Positions 52,714 to 61,928 of a stretch of DNA of 64,000 bases are shown in pieces. Within the stretch, counting starts at the first letter, position 1. Each line of letters begins with the position of its first letter. The position numbers and the translations under genes were made by a program. Below the pieces are notes generated by a model. It was given only the letters and a program-made list of their open reading frames with translations, ran no database searches and was not told the origin of the DNA. The DNA is from Phyllobacteriaceae bacterium (GTDB lineage: Bacteria > Pseudomonadota > Alphaproteobacteria > Rhizobiales > Rhizobiaceae), in contig PAPF01000030.1 in the NCBI GenBank assembly GCA_002708825.1, forward strand, positions 59,365-123,364, read 5' to 3'.

Positions 52714-52736
52714 ACGTGAAAAGAATGAGGTCCGCA

Positions 52737-53195
52737 ATGCAATTGACGGTCAATGGGAAAACGGTCGAGGTCGATGTCGAACCGGACATGCCCCTGCTCT
52801 GGGTCCTGCGCGACGAACTGGGCATGACGGGCACGAAATACGGATGCGGCATTGCCCAGTGCGGCGCCTGCACGGTGCATGTCGATGGCGTGGCGATGCG
52901 TTCCTGCCAGCTTTACGCGGGCGATGTGGAAGGCGCGATCACGACGATCGAGGGTCTCGGCACGCCGGATGCGCTCCATGCCGTCCAGGCCGCTTGGATC
53001 GAGCACCAGGTCGCGCAATGCGGCTATTGCCAGTCCGGGCAGATCATGGCCGCCGCCGCCTTCCTGGAATCCAACCCGGACCCGTCCGACGCCGACATTG
53101 ACGACGCCATGTCGGGCAACCTGTGCCGTTGCGGCACCTATCCGCGCATTCGCGAGGCGGTCAAGTCGGCCGCCGCCAGCCTTCGGGGGGTCTGA
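52737..53195 (+). CDS. (2Fe-2S)-binding small subunit of a molybdopterin oxidoreductase (IorA/aldehyde oxidase type)
   Basis: 152 aa from MQLTVNGK. Cys clusters [11 protein letters not shown] and [10 protein letters not shown]...CRCGTY. Confidence 0.9.
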   Translation: MQLTVNGKTVEVDVEPDMPLLWVLRDELGMTGTKYGCGIAQCGACTVHVDGVAMRSCQLYAGDVEGAITTIEGLGTPDALHAVQAAWIEHQVAQCGYCQSGQIMAAAAFLESNPDPSDADIDDAMSGNLCRCGTYPRIREAVKSAAASLRGV

Positions 53196-53197
53196 TC

Positions 53198-55441
53198 ATG
53201 GGACGCATCGCGACGATCACCCGCCGCACGCTTCTCGTCGGCGCCGCCGCCATCGCAGGCGGCGTGGCCTTCGGCGTCTGGCGTTACCGCACCCCATACG
53301 CCAACCCGCTTCTCGATGACCTGGAAGCCGGCGAGGCCGCCATCACGCCCTATGTGAAGATCGATGCCGGCGGCGTGACGCTCATCACCCCGCGTGCCGA
53401 CAAGGGCCAGGGCGCCTATCATGTCCAGGCAGCACTTCTGGCCGAGGAACTGGATGTGGACCTCGACCAGGTGCGCGTCGATCCCGGTCCGCCCGACAAG
53501 GCCTACTGGAACACGGCACTCGCCGCCGAGGCCGCCGACTTCATGGTTCCCTCTGCGGGCATGATGCAGAATGCAGCCACGGTCGGCCTCTCCGCGGTCA
53601 TGAAGTTCATTGGCATGCAGATCACAGGCGGCTCCACCACGGTGCCGGACCAGTTCGAGAAACTGCGTATCGCCGGAGCGGTCGCGCGCGAGACGCTGAA
53701 GGCTGCCGCCGCGAAGCAGGCCGGCGTCTCCGTGTCCCGGCTGAAGACGGAACAGGGCACGGTGATCCTGCCGGACGGATCGCGCCTGACCTATGTGGAA
53801 CTTGCCCCCGCCGCCGCAGCGATCGATCCCGTGGAAGAGGTTTCGCTGCGCGATCCGTCCCAATGGCGGCTGCTCGGCAAGCCGATGCAGCGCATCGACA
53901 TGGTCGCCAAGTGCACCGGCACGCAGGTCTACGGCATCGACGAGAAGATCGAGGGCATGGTCCACGCCACCGTTCTTCTCAATCCCGCGCAGGGCGGTCC
54001 GGTCAACGGTTTCGATGCCTCGGAGGCGGAAAAAATGCGCGGCGTGAAGGCCGTCGTACCGGTCACGGGCGGCGTCGCCATTGTCGCCGACAATACCTGG
54101 CGCGCCTTCCAGGCCGCCAGCGCGGTGAAGGCGGACTGGGGCAAGGCAGCCTTTCCGGCGACCATGGAGGAACACTGGCAGGTCCTCGCCGGATCCTTCA
54201 TCGCCGACCGGCAGGACAGCCGCAATCGCGATGATGGCGACGTCGAGATCGCCATTGCCGAAAGCGCGCCGGTCGAGGCGGAATACCGTGCGCCCTATCT
54301 TGCCCACGCCCCGCTTGAGCCCATCAGCGCCATCGTCCGCGTCACCGATGACGCGGTGGATGTGTGGACCGGGACGCAGATCCCGCGCTTCACCCAGGCC
54401 AATGTCGCGCGCATCACCGGCATCGAAGCGGAAAAGGTGCGCGTCCACGTCTACATGATGGGCGGCAGTTTCGGCCATCGCCTCGAAGACGAGGTGGTCA
54501 AGCAGGCCGCCGAGATCGCGATGCAGATGAAGGGCACGCCGGTCAAGCTCACCTATTCGCGCGAAGAGGACATGACCCATGACTTCGTGCGCCAGATCGC
54601 CATGGCGCGGCTGCGCGGCACGGTGCGTGACGGCAAGGTGGAAACGCTCGATCTGGGCATCGCCATGCCGTCGGTCATGGCCAGCCAGATGTCGCGTCAG
54701 GGTCTTTCCATCGCCGGTCCCGACAACCAGATCGTCGCCGGCGCCTGGGACCAGCCCTTCGCCATTCCCAATCAGCGGGTAACGGGCTATCGCGCGCCCG
54801 AACTGGCGCCCATCAGCTCCTGGCGATCGGTCGGCGCGTCCTCCAACGGCTTCTTTTACAATGCCGCGCTGGACGAACTGATCGCCGCGGCGGGCGCCGA
54901 CCCGATGGCCGAGCGGCTGCGCCTGTGCTCCGATCCGCTGGCCCGTCGGGTGCTGGAAGCGGTGGCGGAAATGTCGGACTGGTCCGGCCCGCAGCCCGGC
55001 GCCGGGCGTGGCCGTGGCGTTGCGCTGACGAAATCCTTCGGCGTCCATTGCGCGCAGGTCGTCGAGGTGAGCGATACCGCGGACGGCATCCGCATCGACC
55101 GGGTCTGGGTCGCGGCGGAGGTGGGCACCGTGCTCGATCCGGTCAATTTCGACAATCTCGTCAAGGGCGGCGTCGTCTTCGGCCTTGGCCATGCGATGAA
55201 TTGCGAAATCACCTACACCGATGGCGTTGCCGACCAGACCAATTTCCACGATTTCGAGGGCATGCGTCTTTACCAGTGCCCGGTGATCGAGGTGCGCGGA
55301 CTGGAGAACGGCCAGAAGGTGCTGGGTATCGGCGAACCGCCCGTGCCCCCTGCCGCTCCGGCGCTTGCCGGCGCCATCTTCGCCGCCACCGGAACGCGGC
55401 TGCGTGAAATGCCCTTCAGCAAGTTCGTCGATTTCGCGTGA
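53198..55441 (+). CDS. molybdopterin-binding large subunit (IorB/aldehyde oxidase-xanthine dehydrogenase family)
   Basis: 747 aa from MGRIATITRRTLLVGAAAIAGG (Tat signal). The start follows the small-subunit stop by 2 nt. Confidence 0.9.
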   Translation: MGRIATITRRTLLVGAAAIAGGVAFGVWRYRTPYANPLLDDLEAGEAAITPYVKIDAGGVTLITPRADKGQGAYHVQAALLAEELDVDLDQVRVDPGPPDKAYWNTALAAEAADFMVPSAGMMQNAATVGLSAVMKFIGMQITGGSTTVPDQFEKLRIAGAVARETLKAAAAKQAGVSVSRLKTEQGTVILPDGSRLTYVELAPAAAAIDPVEEVSLRDPSQWRLLGKPMQRIDMVAKCTGTQVYGIDEKIEGMVHATVLLNPAQGGPVNGFDASEAEKMRGVKAVVPVTGGVAIVADNTWRAFQAASAVKADWGKAAFPATMEEHWQVLAGSFIADRQDSRNRDDGDVEIAIAESAPVEAEYRAPYLAHAPLEPISAIVRVTDDAVDVWTGTQIPRFTQANVARITGIEAEKVRVHVYMMGGSFGHRLEDEVVKQAAEIAMQMKGTPVKLTYSREEDMTHDFVRQIAMARLRGTVRDGKVETLDLGIAMPSVMASQMSRQGLSIAGPDNQIVAGAWDQPFAIPNQRVTGYRAPELAPISSWRSVGASSNGFFYNAALDELIAAAGADPMAERLRLCSDPLARRVLEAVAEMSDWSGPQPGAGRGRGVALTKSFGVHCAQVVEVSDTADGIRIDRVWVAAEVGTVLDPVNFDNLVKGGVVFGLGHAMNCEITYTDGVADQTNFHDFEGMRLYQCPVIEVRGLENGQKVLGIGEPPVPPAAPALAGAIFAATGTRLREMPFSKFVDFA

Positions 55442-55549
55442 GGTTTCTGCAGGAAAGCGCCATGCGCCGTTGATCCCGTTGCGTTGCAATTGCGTAACCA
55501 TGGGTGGAAACGGCGCCGGAAGCTGTCAGGAGAGATTCTCGCCGCATCT

Positions 55550-55566
55550 TTTGTGCGTCGCACAAA
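55550..55566. promoter_or_regulatory. perfect 8-1-8 palindrome upstream of the RND operon
   Basis: TTTGTGCG-T-CGCACAAA, 120 nt upstream of the MFP gene ATG. Confidence 0.3.
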
Positions 55567-55685
55567 CATGATATCAACGCGGACTTGCAGCGCGCCCCGG
55601 CAATGGCCACATCTGACCGGCGGGGGCGCGAAAACGGCCATGCCCTGGACAAGAAGGCAAGGAACGGCCGGAACGGACGGAACCC

Positions 55686-56837
55686 ATGGCTCGATTTCCC
55701 TTTCACCGGATTGCCGCCTTCGTCGTGCTCGCCGCCTCGGCGGCTTGGGTGGCGACGGGCGAATTCTCCTCGGTCGGCTCGGCCGCCAACGATCCGGCGA
55801 CCGCGTCCGTGACGCCGGACTCCGGCGTAGCCGCTGAACGCGCCGATCCGCCGCGCGAACTCAAGACCGTGGCCGTCATCGATCCGCCTTTCATCCGGCA
55901 CAATCGCGCCATCCGCATTTCCGGCCAGACCGAGCCGGACAAGCGGGCCGAAATCGCCACGCGCGCCGCCGGCATCATTGCCGAACTGCCGGTCTCCCAG
56001 GGCGAGCGCGTGCAGGAAGGCGATCTCATCCTGTCGCTCGACAATGAGGGCAAGGCAGCCGCGGTGGAATCCGCCCGTGCCGTGCTGGCGCAGCGCGAAA
56101 AGGAATTCGAGGCGTCCGAACGCCTCGCCCGCCAGGGCAGCCTGCCGAAACTGCAGCTGGAAACGGCCCGCTCGGCGCTGGCCACCGCACGGTCACAGCT
56201 TGAACAGGCGCAAGCCGAACTGTCGCGCTTCGAATTGCGCGCGCCCTTTTCCGGCATCATCGACAAGGTTTCCGTGGAACTTGGCAGTTCCGTCCAGCAG
56301 GGCGCGGCGGTCGCAACGCTTCTGTCCCTCGATCCGGTGATTGCCGCCGGCGAGGTGTCCGAGCGCGATCTCGGCCATATCGACATCGGCGATACCGCGG
56401 AGATCCGTCTCATTTCCGGTGAAACGGTGCAAGGCACCATCCGCTACATCTCCCGTCAGGCCAGCGCCGCGACGAGGACTTTCCCGGTCGAGATCGCCAT
56501 CCCCAATCCCGACGGCGCAATTCCGGCGGGCATGACCGCGGAGATCACGTTGAAGACGGACCCGGTCAAGGCTGTCAGGCTGCCGCGCTCGGTGGTGACG
56601 CTGTCGGACAGCGGCGATCTGGGCGTCCGTGTGGCAACGGGTGACGGCAAGGCCGGTTTCGTGCCCATCGATCTTGTCGACGACACGCCCGAAGGCCTTG
56701 TTCTGGCCGGTGTGCCCGACGATGCCCGCATCATCGTGGCAGGCCAGGATCTCGTCAGCGACGGCGAGCAAATCAACGCCGTCCCCGCCGACATGGAGAT
56801 GCTGCAACGCCTGGCCGGCCGCCAGGCCATCAACTGA
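55686..56837 (+). CDS. efflux RND transporter periplasmic adaptor (MFP)
   Basis: 383 aa. N-terminal anchor, a coiled-coil hairpin (LAQREKEFEASERLA...LEQAQAELSRFELRAPFSG) and beta-barrel domains. Confidence 0.9.
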   Translation: MARFPFHRIAAFVVLAASAAWVATGEFSSVGSAANDPATASVTPDSGVAAERADPPRELKTVAVIDPPFIRHNRAIRISGQTEPDKRAEIATRAAGIIAELPVSQGERVQEGDLILSLDNEGKAAAVESARAVLAQREKEFEASERLARQGSLPKLQLETARSALATARSQLEQAQAELSRFELRAPFSGIIDKVSVELGSSVQQGAAVATLLSLDPVIAAGEVSERDLGHIDIGDTAEIRLISGETVQGTIRYISRQASAATRTFPVEIAIPNPDGAIPAGMTAEITLKTDPVKAVRLPRSVVTLSDSGDLGVRVATGDGKAGFVPIDLVDDTPEGLVLAGVPDDARIIVAGQDLVSDGEQINAVPADMEMLQRLAGRQAIN

Positions 56838-56849
56838 CGGGAGCGCGCC

Positions 56850-59800
56850 ATGGGCCTTGTCGGCGTCGCCATCCGCAATGCGCGGCTGACCATTTCCGTC
56901 CTTCTGTTCCTGCTCGTCGCGGGCGCGATGGCCTATGTCTCGATTCCCAAGGAAGCCGAGCCGGATGTCCAGATCCCGATCATCTATGTCTCGCTGCACT
57001 ACCAGGGCATATCGCCGGAGGATTCCGAGCGCCTGCTGCTGCGCCCAGTCGAGACGCGGCTGAAGAGCATCACCGGCATCAAGGAAATGCGCTCGACCGC
57101 CTACCAGGGCGGCGGCAACGTGATCGTCGAGTTCCAGGCCGGCACCGATCTCGACAAGGCGCTCGACGATGTGCGCAACAAGGTTGACGACGCCAAGCCG
57201 GACCTGCCCGATGGCGCCGACGAGCCCAGCGTCAACGAAGTCAACATTTCCGAGTTTCCCGTCCTCGTCGTCACCCTGTCGGGTGACGTTCCCGAACGCG
57301 CCCTGACCGCCGCCGCGCGCGAATTGCGCGACCGGATCGAGGAGGTCAACGGCGTGCTCGAAGCCGCCTTGCGCGGCGCCCGCGACGATCTCGTCGAGGT
57401 GATCATCGATCCCGTCAAGCTGTCGTCCTACGGCCTGCGCCTCGACCAGATGATCGCCGGCGTCAATGCCAACAACTCGCTCGTGGCCGCGGGGCAATTG
57501 CAGGGCGACCAGGGCAAGTATGCCGTCAAGGTGCCCTCGCTCATCGAAACGGTGGAGGATGTGGCCAACCTGCCCATCGTCGCCGGGCCGAACGCGGTGG
57601 TGCGCGCCCGCGATCTCGCCACCATCCGCTCCACCTTCAAGGACGCCGAGACGATCACGCGCCTCAACGGCAAGCCGGCCATCGCCATCGAGGTATCCAA
57701 GCGCACCGGCGCAAACCTTGTCGAAACTGTCGATGCCGTGAAGGCCGTCGCCAGCGAGTTCAAGGCGCTGCTGCCGCCCGGTGCCGAGGTGGCGTTCAGC
57801 CAGGACAAGTCGACGACCATCCGCCAGTTGCTCGGCGACCTGCAGAACTCGGTTCTGACCGCCGTCATCCTTGTCTTCATCGTCATCCTCTACGCCCTGT
57901 CCGGCCGCGCCTCGCTGCTGATCGGCCTGGCCATCCCCGCATCCTTCCTGATGGGCATACTGGGCCTGTCGCTGGCCGGCCTCACCGTCAACATCGTCGT
58001 CCTGTTCAGCCTCATCCTGGCGGTCGGCATGCTGGTCGATGACGCCATCATCGTCACCGAATTCGCCGAGCGGCGCATGAGCGAGGGCATGGACAAGCGC
58101 CAGGCCTTTGCGCTGGCCGCCCAGCGCATGGCGGGTCCCGTCATCGCCTCCACCATGACCCGCATCGCCGCCTTCTCGCCCCTGCTGTTCTGGCCCGGCG
58201 TGGTCGGCGAATTCATGAAATACATGCCGATCACGCTGATCGCCACGCTTTCGGCCTCGCTGGTCTATGCGTTGATCTTCACGCCCACGCTCGGCGCGCT
58301 GTTCGCCAGCCGTCAGATCGCCGAGCCGTCAGGCCGCGACGGGCTCTACATGTGGGTGGCCAAGCGCGCCATCCGCCATCCCTTCATCGTCATGACGGCA
58401 TCGCTCGGCCTTCTTGTCGCCGTGCCGGTTGCCTATGGCAAGTACGGTTCCGGCGTCGAGTTCTTCCCCGATGTGGAGCCGGAATACGGGCTTCTCTACG
58501 TCCATGCCCGCGGCAATCTCTCGCTTGAGGAACAGGATGCGGCGACGCGGCGCGCCGAGGAGCGCATTCTCGGCTGGCCGGGCATCGAGACGGTCTACAC
58601 ACGGGTCGGCTCCGTTCAGGGTGCAGGCGGCGCGCAGGTCGACGAGGACGTCGTCGGCGTGATCCAGTACGAATTCATCGACTGGCGCGAGCGCAAGCCG
58701 GCCTCCGAGATCCTGGCAGACCTGCGCGTGGCCATGCGCGGCATTCCCGGCGTGGAAATCGAGGTGTCCGTGCCCCAGGCCGGACCGCCAACCGGCAAGG
58801 CGATCCAGCTTCGCCTGTCGAGCGACAATCCGGCCGGCCTCAACGATGCCGCCGGTGACGTGGCCGCGATGCTGGAGACGGTGCCCGACGTCATCGACAT
58901 TTCCGACGGAATGCCGTCGCCCGGCATCGACTGGGAGCTTCAGGTCGACCGCACGCTGGCCGCGCAATACGGCATCGGCCCGGCGTCTGTCGGCACGGTC
59001 GTCCAGCTCGTCACCACCGGCCTGAAACTGTCGGATTACCGGCCTGCCGGCGCCGACGACGCCGTGGACATCCGGCTGCGCCTTCCGGAAGACCGCCGCA
59101 CGCTCGCCACGCTTGACCAGTTGCGCGTCGAGACGGCCCAGGGATCGGTGCCGATTTCCAACTTCGTCACCCGCAAGCCCGCCCAGCGTACGGGCACGCT
59201 CAACCGCATCGACGGCACCCGCACGGTGACCGTCCAGGCAGGCATCACCGAGGGCGTGCAGGCCGACAAGGTGCGCCAGGCCGTCATCGCCAAGATGGAA
59301 GGCCTGGACCTTGCCGAGCGCGGCATCCGCTGGAAACTCGCCGGCGAGGACGAGGAGCAGAGGGCGGCCGGGGAGTTCCTGACCAAGGCCTTCGCCGCCG
59401 CCATGGCGCTCATCTTCACTGTCCTGCTCGCCCAGTTCAACCGGTTCCTTTCGGTCGCCCTGGTGCTTACCGCCGTCGTCATGTCCACCATCGGCGTGCT
59501 GCTCGGCCTGCTGATCATGGGCCAGCCCTTCGGCGTGGTCATGACCGGGATCGGCATCATCGCGCTGGCCGGCGTCGTGGTGAACAACAACATCGTGCTC
59601 ATCGATACGTTTGACCACCTGCGCCACGAGCAGGGCATGGACAAGGTGGACGCCATCATCCAGACCTGCCGCGAACGCGTCCGCCCGGTCATGCTGACGG
59701 CGGTGACCGCCATTCTCGGCGTGCTGCCGATCGCATTCGGCTGGAACCTCGAACTGCTGAACCACGAGACCACGGTCGGCGCGCCCTCGACGCAATGGTG

Positions 59801-60236
59801 GATCGCGCTGTCATCGGCCATCGTCTTCGGCCTCGCCTTCTCCACCGTGCTGACGCTGATCGTGACGCCCTCCATGCTGATGATCGTCACCCGCTCGCAC
59901 GATTCCAGCGTCTACCGCTTCTTCCGCCGCATGCGGGGCAGGCCGTGGCGCTTTGCGCTGGCCATGCTGGCCACGCTCGCCATCTGGGGCGCGGCCGCCG
60001 CCGCCGGTCTTGCCGCCCTGTCGGCGCTGCAGGGCAATGGCCGCCTTGTTGCGCCCGTCATTGCACTCGCCGCCGCGTTGATGCTCTCCCGCATGGTCTG
60101 GAAGAGCACCCGCCTTCGCCGCTGGCTGGGCCTCGACGAACCGGCCCCGGAACCCTCCTCTCAGGACGCTGCCTCCGGAAGGCAGGCTGCGGAAACGGAC
60201 GGTGAAACGCTGGGCGCACCGGGCGCGGCGGAATAG
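56850..60236 (+). CDS. efflux RND transporter permease (AcrB/HAE family) with an unusual extra C-terminal segment of about 110 aa
   Basis: 1128 aa. Typical AcrB N-terminus (ISVLLFLLVAGAMAYVSIPKEAEPD). 12-TM body, then two additional hydrophobic segments and an acidic tail. Confidence 0.9.
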   Translation: MGLVGVAIRNARLTISVLLFLLVAGAMAYVSIPKEAEPDVQIPIIYVSLHYQGISPEDSERLLLRPVETRLKSITGIKEMRSTAYQGGGNVIVEFQAGTDLDKALDDVRNKVDDAKPDLPDGADEPSVNEVNISEFPVLVVTLSGDVPERALTAAARELRDRIEEVNGVLEAALRGARDDLVEVIIDPVKLSSYGLRLDQMIAGVNANNSLVAAGQLQGDQGKYAVKVPSLIETVEDVANLPIVAGPNAVVRARDLATIRSTFKDAETITRLNGKPAIAIEVSKRTGANLVETVDAVKAVASEFKALLPPGAEVAFSQDKSTTIRQLLGDLQNSVLTAVILVFIVILYALSGRASLLIGLAIPASFLMGILGLSLAGLTVNIVVLFSLILAVGMLVDDAIIVTEFAERRMSEGMDKRQAFALAAQRMAGPVIASTMTRIAAFSPLLFWPGVVGEFMKYMPITLIATLSASLVYALIFTPTLGALFASRQIAEPSGRDGLYMWVAKRAIRHPFIVMTASLGLLVAVPVAYGKYGSGVEFFPDVEPEYGLLYVHARGNLSLEEQDAATRRAEERILGWPGIETVYTRVGSVQGAGGAQVDEDVVGVIQYEFIDWRERKPASEILADLRVAMRGIPGVEIEVSVPQAGPPTGKAIQLRLSSDNPAGLNDAAGDVAAMLETVPDVIDISDGMPSPGIDWELQVDRTLAAQYGIGPASVGTVVQLVTTGLKLSDYRPAGADDAVDIRLRLPEDRRTLATLDQLRVETAQGSVPISNFVTRKPAQRTGTLNRIDGTRTVTVQAGITEGVQADKVRQAVIAKMEGLDLAERGIRWKLAGEDEEQRAAGEFLTKAFAAAMALIFTVLLAQFNRFLSVALVLTAVVMSTIGVLLGLLIMGQPFGVVMTGIGIIALAGVVVNNNIVLIDTFDHLRHEQGMDKVDAIIQTCRERVRPVMLTAVTAILGVLPIAFGWNLELLNHETTVGAPSTQWWIALSSAIVFGLAFSTVLTLIVTPSMLMIVTRSHDSSVYRFFRRMRGRPWRFALAMLATLAIWGAAAAAGLAALSALQGNGRLVAPVIALAAALMLSRMVWKSTRLRRWLGLDEPAPEPSSQDAASGRQAAETDGETLGAPGAAE

Positions 60237-60302
60237 GCAGGGAACCAACTGCCCCTCAAGACCGTTCCCGTTCCGCCCGACCAACCGGAACAGGATACGT
60301 CC

Positions 60303-60452
60303 ATGTCACTCGGCACCATCCTTCTCATCATCCTCATCCTGCTGCTCATCGGCGCGATTCCCGCGCGCGGCCGTTTCGGCAACGCCCCGCTTGGCATCAT
60401 CGGCACGATCCTGTTGATCGTCCTCATCCTCATGCTGCTCGGTCGCATCTGA
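60303..60452 (+). CDS. DUF3309-type small membrane protein
   Basis: Not in the track (49 aa). MSLGTILLIILILLLIGAIPARGRFGNAPLGIIGTILLIVLILMLLGRI*. Confidence 0.7.
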   Translation: MSLGTILLIILILLLIGAIPARGRFGNAPLGIIGTILLIVLILMLLGRI

Positions 60453-60475
60453 GAAGCGGCCGCTGGAGACCAGCC

Positions 60476-60868
60476 ATGGACCGTGTGACCGGCAGTTGTC
60501 TTTGCGGCAGCGTACGCATTGAAGCAGAAGGGTCCCCCTATCGGGTGGGTCTGTGCCACTGTCTGGATTGCCGCAAGCATCATGGCGCCCTGTTTCATGC
60601 CTCTGCCGTATTCCCGCTACACGCCGTCGCCATCCAGGGCGAGACACGTGACTTCGGCGGCAGGTTCTTCTGTCCGCGTTGCGGCTCCACCCTTTTCGGA
60701 ATGTCCGGTGACGAAATCGAGATCAATCTTGGCAGCCTCGATGCGCCGGACCGGTTTCGTCCGACCTATGAGTTATGGACCATCCGCCGCGAATCATGGC
60801 TGCCGCCATTCCCCCTTGCCAGCCGCTATGAACGCGACCGCACGGGCCAGGGCCGCTCCGAGGATTGA
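60476..60868 (+). CDS. GFA (glutathione-dependent formaldehyde-activating / CENP-V) family protein
   Basis: 130 aa. Cys motifs CLCGSVR, CHCLDCRK and CPRCGS. Confidence 0.88.
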   Translation: MDRVTGSCLCGSVRIEAEGSPYRVGLCHCLDCRKHHGALFHASAVFPLHAVAIQGETRDFGGRFFCPRCGSTLFGMSGDEIEINLGSLDAPDRFRPTYELWTIRRESWLPPFPLASRYERDRTGQGRSED

Positions 60869-60873
60869 TCCTG

Positions 60874-61830
60874 TCAGGCGGCACGCCGTGCCGGTCCGTC
60901 CAGACGCTGGTCCGTGATGGCCTGTCGCAATGCGTCTGCGGGCGGTGTGACATGCAAAGGGCCGACGAGCGCTTCCAGCCGCGCACCGTCCAGCGAATGG
61001 GCGGTACGCCAGAGATAGCTCATCTTCACCACTTCCCGCACCACCGGCATGAATAGGCCAACCAGTTTCAGCATGGTCCAGTTGACATTGGCCCGCTTCA
61101 GGCGGCGTCCCGACGCCTGTTCCGCGGCTGCGAGCATCTGCTCGCCCGTCAGCGTGTGGCCGGCGAAGTGGAAGCGTTCGAACCGCCCGAGTTCGGCGCG
61201 CCGCTCCGCCAATGCCACGAACGCCCGCGCCAGGTCCGGCAGATAGGCAAAGGCATGCGGCAGGATCCACGGCCCCGGCCAGGTGAACTTGCCCTTCTTC
61301 AGATCCTTCAGGATCATCAGGTCGAGCCAGGTCCCGCCCTTCGGGCCGCCATAGAAATCGCCGGCGCGAAGGATGATGACCTGGACGCCCTCCTCCCGCG
61401 TGGCCCGTTCCAGCCGTTCCTCCATGGCGATGCGGATGCGCGCCTTGTCCGTGGAGGCATGCTGCGGCGCGTCCTCGCCAACGTCCATACCGATCTCGAG
61501 ACCGAAATTGTAGCCATTTCCGGGGATCATCAGCGTCGCCCCATGGGCCTTGGCCGCCGCGATGGCGTTCTCAACCATGGGCAAGACCGTCGTCTCCCAT
61601 TTGTCATAGGCCGGGTTCGCGGCATGCAGGATGACATTCGCGCCTCTCGTGGCGTCGATCAGGCTGGACGCGTCGAAGGCATCGGCAGCGGCGGGCACGA
61701 CGCCGGCCGGCATTTCCGAAACCCGCGTGCCGCGCCCGATGCCCTTCACCGTCCACCCGGCCCGCGCAAAGGCCTCGCCCGCCGTGAACCCGATATGCCC
61801 TGCCGCTCCGATGATTGCGATGGTCGCCAT
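60874..61830 (-). CDS. NAD(P)-binding epimerase/dehydratase-type (atypical SDR) protein
   Basis: 318 aa. Rossmann motif IAIIGAAGHIG. Confidence 0.8.
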   Translation of the reverse strand: MATIAIIGAAGHIGFTAGEAFARAGWTVKGIGRGTRVSEMPAGVVPAAADAFDASSLIDATRGANVILHAANPAYDKWETTVLPMVENAIAAAKAHGATLMIPGNGYNFGLEIGMDVGEDAPQHASTDKARIRIAMEERLERATREEGVQVIILRAGDFYGGPKGGTWLDLMILKDLKKGKFTWPGPWILPHAFAYLPDLARAFVALAERRAELGRFERFHFAGHTLTGEQMLAAAEQASGRRLKRANVNWTMLKLVGLFMPVVREVVKMSYLWRTAHSLDGARLEALVGPLHVTPPADALRQAITDQRLDGPARRAA

Positions 61831-61928
61831 GGTCAGTCTCCTTTGTCCGTTGATGCCAAGGAGATAAACCTGCTATCTGTGCATGGAAATTGGAATAATA
61901 TGCAGATTGGCTATTCAGGAATGAATGG

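Noticed and set aside
61831-61928. Possible LysR T-N11-A box / inverted repeats (GATA-N7-TATC, TGCAT-N15-ATGCA) in the LysR/NAD(P)-binding divergent region
   Set aside because: The region is AT-rich and several short, imperfect dyads can be drawn. None stands out enough to call a specific operator.
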